Below the pieces are notes generated by a model, which had not been told where the DNA came from, did no database searches, and saw only the letters and a list, made by a program, of their open reading frames with translations. From the IMG/VR virus record IMGVR_UViG_3300033808_000012, positions 1 to 63,067 of that record: a stretch of DNA of 63,067 bases. The stretch is one strand, 5' to 3'. Shown piece by piece: positions 9,129 to 16,967 of this stretch. The DNA comes from a virus (Duplodnaviria; Caudoviricetes). The first letter of the stretch is position 1, and every line of letters begins with the position of its first letter. The position numbers and the translations under genes were made by a program.

Positions 9129-9290
9129 CAACCTGCTACTATGCTACTAACTACGTCTAAGCCTTTGATTTTTATATTATGTAGTAACGTAGTATATGTA
9201 GTAACTACGCGTATGGGTTAGGAGAATATATTTTTCATAAATGTTATAGGGTCGGTGTAGTGACACTACAGCCCACTACAGCTACTACGC
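9125..9290. other. putative replication origin: AT-rich tract with CTAC/GTAG iterated repeats and an IHF-like site
   Basis: Many CTAC(T/A) and GTAG(T) units in opposing orientation; AATCAAAGGCTTA (minus strand, 9158-9170) matches WATCAANNNNTTR; immediately follows the helicase. Confidence 0.55.
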
Positions 9291-9350
9291 GAACGATGCG
9301 TAAGATGTGCTTGCCAAGCCGCTAACGACAGCGTATTAGCCTCAACCCCA

Positions 9351-9764
9351 ATGGCTTACGAGACCAACGCGCTAGAGCGAATTCAAACGGCTGATAAAAA
9401 GCCCCGAGGTCGTCCTTTAGGCTCCCAAAGCCGTAGAGCTGACATTTACGCGCAAGCTCTCATGCGGGAAGAAGGCGATCCGCTGCACAAAGCGGTGCGC
9501 ATCGCTAACGTCGATGTTCTCATTGAAAACAATGTGATACGGCTTGCTAAACAATGGGATTGTGATCGGCTCGATGCCGTCAAGGTTGTTGTGACAGCAC
9601 AAGCCAACGTTATGAAATACCTGCACCAAGCCATGCCGCAAGCCATCATCGTCAAGCCGGGCGCGCCCGAAGGCGATGCGCTCATGGTCGATGTCAGCGC
9701 GACACAAGATGTTGATTTGGAAACGGCAGCAGCACTGACCCATAACGATAAGTCATTGAAATGA
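9351..9764 (+). CDS. putative terminase small subunit
   Basis: N-terminal RGRPLGS motif, size, position upstream of terL. Confidence 0.55.
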   Translation: MAYETNALERIQTADKKPRGRPLGSQSRRADIYAQALMREEGDPLHKAVRIANVDVLIENNVIRLAKQWDCDRLDAVKVVVTAQANVMKYLHQAMPQAIIVKPGAPEGDALMVDVSATQDVDLETAAALTHNDKSLK

Positions 9765-9775
9765 AACGAATTAAC

Positions 9776-9804
9776 ATTTTCCATAATTTGATATTATGCG
9801 ACAA
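9776..9804 (-). promoter_or_regulatory. dif-like XerCD recombination site
   Basis: Minus strand TTGTCGCATAA-TATCAAA-TTATGGAAAAT: XerC-like and XerD-like arms around a 7-bp spacer. Confidence 0.65.
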
Positions 9805-9853
9805 AGCGCCGTCGAATGCCGCAGAAAGCCTAGCATTTCATCCTGCAAAAGAA

Positions 9854-10201
9854 ATGTCGCCGCCTGAAGCCACCCCCACCCGGCGGCAGGGGGGATTTTG
9901 GCTCGAACGCGCTGGCCCTCGATTGGCTTTGTATAGCCTCGCGTTGACGCTCGCCCTGATTTGGAGCGCTTTGGTCCATGCTCAATCGGCGTGGCAGGCA
10001 GGATACGACGACGGCTATCGGACGGGGCAATCGACGCTAGGCATCAGCGATTATGCCCTGGGGAGCACGGCGGGTGCGGATGATGCATGGGAAGAGGATC
10101 ATCGATGGTTTGCGGCGGAGGATGTTGAGCGGATAGCGCCGCTGCGGGGTGGGGCTGGCTTGCCGTATGGCCTGGGGGTGGATGATGCTTCAGACCGTTG
10201 A
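9854..10201 (+). CDS. hypothetical secreted protein (start uncertain)
   Basis: Hydrophobic segment ending VHA|Q followed by GYDDGY. Confidence 0.45.
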   Translation: MSPPEATPTRRQGGFWLERAGPRLALYSLALTLALIWSALVHAQSAWQAGYDDGYRTGQSTLGISDYALGSTAGADDAWEEDHRWFAAEDVERIAPLRGGAGLPYGLGVDDASDR

Positions 10202-10802
10202 GCGTGCCGTTCATCCTGGGCTGTTTGTTCCGGTTCGGGCGCGGGTTAGTGTTGAGCGGCTGCTGTGGTGGGCATATGCGCCGGGTCGAGGGGGCATTTG
10301 GTATGTGGACAAGGGGCTGAGTTTGGACGGTGGGTTGACAGCGAGGCCGAGGCGGAGGGAGCGTGGGAGTTGGGCTTTGGTTGAGGCGTGTTATGGGATG
10401 CGGCTGGTGAGTGGTGCTCGGGTGAGCGTGCTGGGGACGCGGGACCGGGATGTTGATATGGTTGTGGCGGCGGTGGAGCGATTGCCGAGGGGATCGGGGG
10501 CGTTGGTAGAGCGGCATGCTCGGGGGCGGTCGAGGCCGGATTGGTTGGAGGTTGAGCGTTGGTGGGAGCCGGTTCGGGATGAGACGGGTCGGGGGAAGGT
10601 GACGTATTTGGTTGAGCGTGGGCATAGGAAAGTGCAGTGGTGCGGGTTTCGGGAGGTTGTTGAGAGAAGGCTGACGGAGCGCGGAATGGCGCGGTGGCGG
10701 CTGTGGCGGGAGGGGCTGGCGCGGTTGGAGTTGGCGGTTGGGAATGGGATGGAAAGATGGTACACCGATGGGAGTTTGCCGGAGGTTGAGCCGTGGCGGT
10801 AG
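10182..10802 (+). CDS. hypothetical protein, possibly a late-transcription regulator
   Basis: VERLLWWAY...HARGRSRPDW; recalled resemblance to alphaproteobacterial prophage proteins only. Confidence 0.55.
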   Translation: MMLQTVERAVHPGLFVPVRARVSVERLLWWAYAPGRGGIWYVDKGLSLDGGLTARPRRRERGSWALVEACYGMRLVSGARVSVLGTRDRDVDMVVAAVERLPRGSGALVERHARGRSRPDWLEVERWWEPVRDETGRGKVTYLVERGHRKVQWCGFREVVERRLTERGMARWRLWREGLARLELAVGNGMERWYTDGSLPEVEPWR

Positions 10803-10817
10803 CGGCGTTGGAATACC

Positions 10818-10913
10818 ATGGCGATTGACTGGTGGGGCGTTCTGGCTTCGGTTGTCTACGTGGGGGGATTGGTTTGGCTGATCGTCTGGATAAAGCGGCG
10901 GGGCGCGCGGTAA
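10818..10913 (+). CDS. small membrane protein (31 aa)
   Basis: Hand translation MAIDWWGVLASVVYVGGLVWLIVWIKRRGAR. Confidence 0.5.
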   Translation: MAIDWWGVLASVVYVGGLVWLIVWIKRRGAR

Positions 10914-11067
10914 GGAAGCGATTGTCCGCTCGCGGTCGTGGGGTGAGCAATTCGGAGATGGAGTTGCTGATGGCGGTGTTTCGCCGTTGGATGGCCGAGG
11001 GTCGGGTGCCAGATGGGGCGGTGGTGGCGCTGAATGCGGTTGATGCGCTGCTGGGGCACCCGAAGGG

Positions 11068-11217
11068 ATGATCTGGTTCGTTGTGCTATTTGGGTGCGCG
11101 ATGTTTTGGCCGTTGTTCGGCGTGGTTTACTCGGCGGTGGCGCGGTGGTTGAAGGCGAGGCGATTGGGTCCGGTGGAGCGCAAGCCGGAGCATGACAACG
11201 AGATGTGGATATGGTGA
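11068..11217 (+). CDS. small membrane protein (49 aa)
   Basis: Hand translation MIWFVVLFGCAMFWPLFGVVY...; ATGA coupling. Confidence 0.45.
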   Translation: MIWFVVLFGCAMFWPLFGVVYSAVARWLKARRLGPVERKPEHDNEMWIW

Positions 11218-11220
11218 TGG

Positions 11221-12684
11221 CTAAGGGTTTTTCGGTTTGATGGCGATGAGGGCGAAGCCGCAGAGCGCGATGCGCAGGACGAGGATCATTCCTTGATAGC
11301 GATAGTCCGGCTCGGCGAAGGCGGAGACGATGAGCGCGTTGTAGACAAAAAGCCCGGTGGCGGCGAGGAAGATGCCGATGAAGGCGCGGGAATGGAGGCG
11401 TGGCGCGGAACAGATTGCCGCCCAGCCCATTAGGACGAGAAGCGAGGACGCGAAGATAAAGGGCTGGTAGAGGCGCATCCACCAAGGAGCAATGAGGTCG
11501 AGAACTGGATCGGGCGAAGTCCGCATCTCAGCCTGCGCAACGGAAGGGAAAAGCGAGATTTCGGTTGAATCCGACCCGGCTGGATAGAATTGCAGGCCGG
11601 TCTGGGTATAGCCCACGAGGTTGTAGCGCGTATGAGCGAAACCCGGAAAGAAGACGAAATGCCAGAGATTGCGAGCGACGACGCGTACTGCATAGGCGGG
11701 CCATGCGCGGTAGATGTCGAGTGCCGCGCCGAGCAGCAGATCGTCCGATGCGACGCCATCGAGGAAGAGGGCGTACTCGTAATTGGGATGCTGCCAGATA
11801 CGCTGCTCAAGATCAGGATAACGGAAGTTGGCTTGGAAGGATTGCGGTTCGGCCTCTATCGCTTCAGCGAGCTTGTCCGGCTGGCCGAGATAGCGATGGA
11901 GCGCGGCCCGGAGCAGGTCGAACCTCGGCGCATGCAAATCGTTGAGCGGATATCCCAACTCTTCGGCGTTCACGTAGGCGTCGTAGAAGATTTGTTCGCC
12001 CGCATAGCTGGGTGTGTAGCCGAGGCGCGCGGTATCGAAAACATGGCTGCGATAGGTCTGGTAGGCAAGAAGCGATAGACCGAAGACGGCGATGCAGCCG
12101 AGGATCGACCACCAGTGTCGGCGCGGGCCGAAGGCGATAGCAACGAACATCAGGCACGGGAAAACCGCGTTCATCGCCGGACGGCTGATCGAGGCGAAGA
12201 TTGCAGCAGCGAGAAAAAGCCAGAGCCAAGCGCGATGCTCATAGGCTAGGTAGAGACCAAGGAAGGTAAGTGCCAGGACGCTGGCGAAGATGCAGGTCTG
12301 GTCGTGATAGAAGAATTTTGCGAAGAGCCAGGGCGCGCAGCTAACGATAACGAAGATCGCGGTGAGCCATGCGAGCCACGCGCCAAAGGGCCGTATCGTC
12401 CAATACGTGAGCGGCGGCATCAGCGCACCAAAAGCGGCATAGACGAGGGCGATGCCACGAATTGAATGCGTCCATGGATAGCCTGATAGCCAGATGAGGA
12501 ATGGAAAGCCGAGATCGCGCTGCGCGAAGTCGGGCGGGAGCGTCCTATGGGTAAATAGTGCTTCGCCCCAGGTGAAGAACATGGCGGACCCGCCAGGGAC
12601 GATCCAGCCTTCGGCGTGATAAAAGAGCGCCGTGACGATGAGGCTTAGCGCGCAGATAGTGAAAATTCGGATGGTTTCTTTCAT
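11221..12684 (-). CDS. multi-pass membrane GT-C-like glycosyltransferase (ArnT/PMT-like)
   Basis: About 11 hydrophobic segments, R-x-x-G-F-P after the first loop, SRP motif, large periplasmic loop, C-terminal DYRY. Confidence 0.7.
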   Translation of the reverse strand: MKETIRIFTICALSLIVTALFYHAEGWIVPGGSAMFFTWGEALFTHRTLPPDFAQRDLGFPFLIWLSGYPWTHSIRGIALVYAAFGALMPPLTYWTIRPFGAWLAWLTAIFVIVSCAPWLFAKFFYHDQTCIFASVLALTFLGLYLAYEHRAWLWLFLAAAIFASISRPAMNAVFPCLMFVAIAFGPRRHWWSILGCIAVFGLSLLAYQTYRSHVFDTARLGYTPSYAGEQIFYDAYVNAEELGYPLNDLHAPRFDLLRAALHRYLGQPDKLAEAIEAEPQSFQANFRYPDLEQRIWQHPNYEYALFLDGVASDDLLLGAALDIYRAWPAYAVRVVARNLWHFVFFPGFAHTRYNLVGYTQTGLQFYPAGSDSTEISLFPSVAQAEMRTSPDPVLDLIAPWWMRLYQPFIFASSLLVLMGWAAICSAPRLHSRAFIGIFLAATGLFVYNALIVSAFAEPDYRYQGMILVLRIALCGFALIAIKPKNP

Positions 12685-12710
12685 CTGGCGATTGTAGCAC
12701 GCAAACCCAC

Positions 12711-12738
12711 TTGACGGGATTATTAGGTATGCTAGCCT
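12711..12738 (+). promoter_or_regulatory. putative promoter of the terL/structural operon
   Basis: TTGACG-16nt-TAGCCT. Confidence 0.4.
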
Positions 12739-12784
12739 AGCCAACGGCACAATGGATTGATTTCCTGGTGCTGCACCAATCCGA

Positions 12785-15226
12785 ATGGCGGTTTCCTTCC
12801 GATACGACCCTCCGGGCGCGCAGTTGCGTGCCTTTCGCGTATCCGGCGCGATGTGTCGGGCGCTGATCGGGCCGCTTGGTGGCGGGCGCGAGAAGTGCGC
12901 GGTCTACGATCTGCTGACGCGGAGTATTCTCAGCTCGCAGAAGCGCTGGCGCTGGCTGGTGCTGCGGGCAGACGCGGCGACGCTCGAAGAGCAGACGATC
13001 CCGCTCTGGCATTCGGTCGTTTCAAGCGAGACAGGCGAGTGGGATGCCAGAGCCGGACGGCACGCCTTCAAGGTGCAGACCCGTGAAGGCAAGTTGACGC
13101 ATTTCGATGTGCAGTTTCTGGCACTTGACCGTCCCGAGCATCGGCGGCGGTTCGCTACGCTGGAGGCATCGGGGCTATGGCTCGACGGCGCGCGGGATAT
13201 CGAGAAAGCCGTTTTCGAGCGCTGCCTGGAGATCGCGGGATCATGGCCGCAGGAAGAAGCGGCCATGCCGATGATCCTTTGCACGAGCCTGATGCCGCCC
13301 GCCGATCATTGGTTGGCGCTCGATCCCGAAGTGAAGCTGTTCCGCCAGCCAGGCGGTCGCAGCGCCGAAGCAGAAAACTTCAAGGCCAAGGGCGGCGAAT
13401 TGCCAGCAGGCCATTATGAGCGGCTGGCGAAAGGGCGCAGCGCTGAGTGGGTGCGCGTCAATGTGGACGCGGAATGGTCGGGGCAGGCCGGAACGCCGGA
13501 AGAAATCACCGCGCGGTTGGATCGCCAGAAAGCCGAACGCGAAAAACTCTATTCGTATTATCCCGACGCAGGGCCGCTGCGCCGCGAACTCTACTCCAAA
13601 CACACGGAGTTTTTTGCTGCCGGTAAAAGGCACCAGGAGCGTGCCTTCATCGGCGGCAACCGCACCGGCAAGGCGTTGCTTAATGGCACGCCAGTTTTAA
13701 CGCCAAATGGTTTTCAAGTAATTGAAAGCCTGAAAATTGGTGATACTGTTATTGGAGGCGATGGGAATCCTTGTTACGTAACGGGTGTTTTTCCACAGGG
13801 AATTAGGGAAACGGTGAAGCTCGTTTTTGATGATGGTGCTTCTGTCGTTTGCGACGTTGATCATCTTTGGAAGTGTCGCCAAGGAAAAGAACGATATAAT
13901 GGCGATGAGTGGAAGGTCAGAACGACTAAAGACCTTCTTGCTAAAGGTGCTGCCGAAGGAGATCCGCAGAAGGTAGCCGAGATTCCAGTTTGCTCATCTT
14001 ATATGACACAACGAGAAGTTTTTATGGACCCATACGTATTGGGTTTGATGCTTGGCGACGGCTGCTATACTGGTTCAAGTCCAACTCCTTCTATTTCGTC
14101 CGCTGACCCTGAAATTATTGAATATTTGAATGAACATTACGCAACGCGACATGCGAAAGAGACTAGTCCTTATACCTATTGGATTAAGGGAATGGTTGGA
14201 ACCCTTAAGGGAATGGGTATTTGGGGTATGTATGCTTATGAGAAGTCCATTCCGCGTGACTATTTGCTGAATAGTCGGCCTGTACGATTAGCAATTTTAC
14301 AGGGTTTGATGGATACCGATGGGTATGTTGAAGAAAGCGGTAGCCATACGGAATTTTACACGACATCGCCATATCTTCGGGATGACGTTACATTTCTGGT
14401 GAGATCGCTTGGCGGAAAAGCAAAAAGCGTAGCGAAGACCGGGCATTGGTATAAAGATGGCGAAAGACATGAAGGCCGCGAGGGTTGGCGCATTCATATC
14501 ACGATGCCGATTTGTCCTTTCCGATTAAAACGGAAAGTTGAGCGATGGCATCCATTGATAAAAGTATCCGGCAATCGCCGGATTGTTTTTGCTGAGCGAA
14601 TGAGCGACGGAGAGTGCACCTGCATCTCGGTTGACGGTCCCGATCATACGTTCGTGACCAACGATTTCATCGTCACCCACAATTCATTCTGCAACTGCTA
14701 CGAAGCGACCCTCCACATGACGGGATATTATCCCGAGTGGTGGGAAGGTCGGCGCTTCGATCGCCCGGTAGTGACGTGGGTGGCGGGCGAAGATGGGAAG
14801 GCGGTTCGTGAATCGCTGCAACCTCTGCTATTGGGGCCGAGCGAGGCCTACGGTACGGGGCTTATCCCTGGCGACAAAATTGCGCGTACTGGCTCGGCAC
14901 GCGGCATGGCGGATGCGGTCGATTTCGCGGAAGTTCATCATGTATCTGGCGGGCGAAGCCGGTTGCTGTTCAAGACCTACGAGCAGGGACGCGAGAGCTT
15001 CCAGGCCGCGCAGGTAGATCACATGCTCTTCGATGAAGAGCCGCCGAGGTCGATCTATTCCGAAGGGCTGACCCGGACGATGAGTACCGAACCGGGCAAG
15101 CCCAATGGGATCGTGACTTGCGGTTTTACGCCGCTGAAGGGCATCTCGGAGACTGTGCTGCACTACCTGCCGGGCGGCCGGATGCCGGAGACCGAAGAAT
15201 TACGCATGGCCGCGTGGGGTTGGTGA
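12785..15226 (+). CDS. terL: terminase large subunit, N-terminal part: degenerate ATPase domain fused to a P22-gp2-like ATPase interrupted by an intein
   Basis: GGNRTGK|intein|S Walker A, TGYYPEWWEGRRF, FKTYEQGRESFQ, FDEEPP, FTPLKG. Confidence 0.9.
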   Translation: MAVSFRYDPPGAQLRAFRVSGAMCRALIGPLGGGREKCAVYDLLTRSILSSQKRWRWLVLRADAATLEEQTIPLWHSVVSSETGEWDARAGRHAFKVQTREGKLTHFDVQFLALDRPEHRRRFATLEASGLWLDGARDIEKAVFERCLEIAGSWPQEEAAMPMILCTSLMPPADHWLALDPEVKLFRQPGGRSAEAENFKAKGGELPAGHYERLAKGRSAEWVRVNVDAEWSGQAGTPEEITARLDRQKAEREKLYSYYPDAGPLRRELYSKHTEFFAAGKRHQERAFIGGNRTGKALLNGTPVLTPNGFQVIESLKIGDTVIGGDGNPCYVTGVFPQGIRETVKLVFDDGASVVCDVDHLWKCRQGKERYNGDEWKVRTTKDLLAKGAAEGDPQKVAEIPVCSSYMTQREVFMDPYVLGLMLGDGCYTGSSPTPSISSADPEIIEYLNEHYATRHAKETSPYTYWIKGMVGTLKGMGIWGMYAYEKSIPRDYLLNSRPVRLAILQGLMDTDGYVEESGSHTEFYTTSPYLRDDVTFLVRSLGGKAKSVAKTGHWYKDGERHEGREGWRIHITMPICPFRLKRKVERWHPLIKVSGNRRIVFAERMSDGECTCISVDGPDHTFVTNDFIVTHNSFCNCYEATLHMTGYYPEWWEGRRFDRPVVTWVAGEDGKAVRESLQPLLLGPSEAYGTGLIPGDKIARTGSARGMADAVDFAEVHHVSGGRSRLLFKTYEQGRESFQAAQVDHMLFDEEPPRSIYSEGLTRTMSTEPGKPNGIVTCGFTPLKGISETVLHYLPGGRMPETEELRMAAWGW
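13673..14683 (+). mobile_element. class 3 intein (337 aa) with LAGLIDADG homing endonuclease
   Basis: Ala1 start ALLNGTPVLTP, block B DHLW, block F CTCISV, ends VTHN|S; LGLMLGDG and LQGLMDTDG motifs; lower GC than flanks. Confidence 0.92.
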
Positions 15227-15442
15227 ATGCTTTTCCGCGTTCATCTCGTCAAAGGCGGCATTTATCTAGGCGGTCTTGGCTTTGTTAATCCAAAAGAAGT
15301 TGTTGCAATCGTTGTAGCAACTGGCCCTGGATTTGAAGGCGTCGAAGGCAAAACGGTGATCATGTTGCCGAATCAGCGGCACATCATCTGTGAAGAGACG
15401 GTCGAAGAGGTGGCCAAATCGGTGGAGATGAGCGATCACTAA
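15227..15442 (+). CDS. small hypothetical protein lying between the terL halves
   Basis: VNPKEVVAI...TVIML...EETVEEV, FlbD-like pattern. Confidence 0.6.
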   Translation: MLFRVHLVKGGIYLGGLGFVNPKEVVAIVVATGPGFEGVEGKTVIMLPNQRHIICEETVEEVAKSVEMSDH

Positions 15443-16214
15443 ATTCGTTGTCCAAACTTCGTGGCAAGAAACCGCACACCTTTCGGCGGAAGCCAAGGCT
15501 GAGCTTGAGGCATCGTATCTGCCGCATGAGCGCGCCGCTCGCACGATGGGCATCCCGTCGCTTGGCGCGGGCGTCATCTATCCTGTCGCTGAGCAAGAGG
15601 TCGTCGTCCAGCCCTTCGAGCTGCCGAAATATTGGCGGCATGCTTATGGCCTTGATGTGGGCTGGAACCGCACGGCGGCAGTCTGGGGCGCGCTCGATAC
15701 CGAGTCAGATATCCTCTACCTCTATTCCGAGCACTATCGCGGCGATGCCGAGCCTGCTGTGCATGCGCAAGCCATTAAGTCACGCGGCGCGTGGATACCC
15801 GGCGTGATCGATCCTGCATCGCGCGGTCGCACGCAGACCGATGGGCAGTCGCTCCTCAATATCTACCGCTCGCTTGGTCTGACCTTGACCGAGGCGGACA
15901 ATTCGGTGGAGAGCGGCATTTATGACATGTGGACGCGGCTCTCGACGGGACGGCTCAAGGTCTTCTCGACGCTGACCAACTGGCTCGGCGAATATCGGAT
16001 TTATCGGCGCGACGAAAAAGGTCGTGTCGTGAAAGAACACGATCATGCGATGGACGCTTCGCGATATCTCGTAAGATCGGGCTTGGCGCTTGCCTCATTT
16101 CGCCCTGCCAACGAGTGGCGCTCGGCGATCCCGGCGCTTGCCAACCGCAGGCGCGAAAAGGAATGGACGCCGCAAGCCGCGCTTGACGCTGATCGCTATG
16201 GGATGGTGGCGTGA
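15435..16214 (+). CDS. terL: terminase large subunit, C-terminal part (RNase H-like nuclease); probable ATC start
   Basis: GLDVGW, IDPASRGR, HDHAMDASRY; the conserved upstream segment SWQETAHLS..ELEASYLPHERAART is in frame back to ATC 15435. Confidence 0.85.
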   Translation: MTKFVVQTSWQETAHLSAEAKAELEASYLPHERAARTMGIPSLGAGVIYPVAEQEVVVQPFELPKYWRHAYGLDVGWNRTAAVWGALDTESDILYLYSEHYRGDAEPAVHAQAIKSRGAWIPGVIDPASRGRTQTDGQSLLNIYRSLGLTLTEADNSVESGIYDMWTRLSTGRLKVFSTLTNWLGEYRIYRRDEKGRVVKEHDHAMDASRYLVRSGLALASFRPANEWRSAIPALANRRREKEWTPQAALDADRYGMVA

Positions 16215-16305
16215 ACGAATGGCTGCTGCTCGGCCTATGGGCGGGATTTATTGGCCTCCTGAAATTCAATGCCTGGATTAAGCGGGATATCGCCGAGACG
16301 CTGGG

Positions 16306-16749
16306 ATGGGGACGACGCTGAGTATTTTTGGCGGCGGCGGCGGGGGTGGGGGCGGTGGCGGGACGCCCCCTGTGCCGACGATTTCGGCACCGCCAGGCAC
16401 GGGCACGGGCAATCTGCCCGCCGCTTCTGCGGCGGGACCGACGATTCCACCCGATTTCCAGCTTCCGACGGGATGGACGATGGCCGGTATGGGAGCGGGA
16501 CAATATGTTCAAGACCCAACGGGTTCAATCACCTACCTGGCGAACATACCGCAAGGCGCAGAGACGATGTTGACGACGAGCGGTTACTGGGGGCAGGCAC
16601 CCACAGCAGGCGCGGCCTCTGCCAATCCAGCAGCGGTCAATCCGGCATCGACCCCAATGCCATCGACTTCAATTCTTGGCGCTCCGCCAGTGCCCCAGCA
16701 GAATCTTCTGGGATCGAGCGGCGCGGGCAAGACATTGTTGGGGGCATAG
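16306..16749 (+). CDS. Gly/Pro-rich pre-portal virion protein, copy 1
   Basis: SIFGGGG...KTLLGA. Confidence 0.65.
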   Translation: MGTTLSIFGGGGGGGGGGGTPPVPTISAPPGTGTGNLPAASAAGPTIPPDFQLPTGWTMAGMGAGQYVQDPTGSITYLANIPQGAETMLTTSGYWGQAPTAGAASANPAAVNPASTPMPSTSILGAPPVPQQNLLGSSGAGKTLLGA

Positions 16750-16751
16750 CA

Positions 16752-16967
16752 GTGAGTATTTTTGGTGGCGGCGGCGGCGGTTCTCCTCCTCCGCCGCCTC
16801 CTCCTCCTCCGCCGCCGCCTAATCCGCCACAGGTCTCCAATGCAGCGGTGCAGACAGCGGGCGCATCGCAGGCGGCTTTGGCGGCGGCGGGATCGCAGTC
16901 GATCTTCACCAGCCCCGAAGGTGCGCCGAACGCACCGACGACGAACAAGAGTTTGCTAGGCCAATAG
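16752..16967 (+). CDS. Gly/Pro-rich pre-portal virion protein, copy 2
   Basis: GTG start; SIFGGGG-polyP...SIFTSPEG...KSLLGQ. Confidence 0.7.
   Translation: MSIFGGGGGGSPPPPPPPPPPPPNPPQVSNAAVQTAGASQAALAAAGSQSIFTSPEGAPNAPTTNKSLLGQ

Noticed and set aside
9125-9290. CRISPR array
   Set aside because: Repeat units are 4-6 bp with no regular spacers; no cas genes recognised
10044-10950. Pro-rich minus-strand ORFs
   Set aside because: A by-product of the G-rich skew on the plus strand
15227-15434. Self-splicing intron interrupting terL
   Set aside because: The gap is short, fully occupied by an ORF, and no group I/II core was recognised; not formally excluded without RT-PCR
16185-16214. DADRYG at the TerL C-terminus as a fifth capsid-targeting motif
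   Set aside because: Only a partial match to SAAD(R/K)RY; could be chance
16269-16751. 232-aa ORF 16269-16967 as a single gene
   Set aside because: Its 5' part overlaps the better gene 16306-16749; the plausible start is GTG 16752
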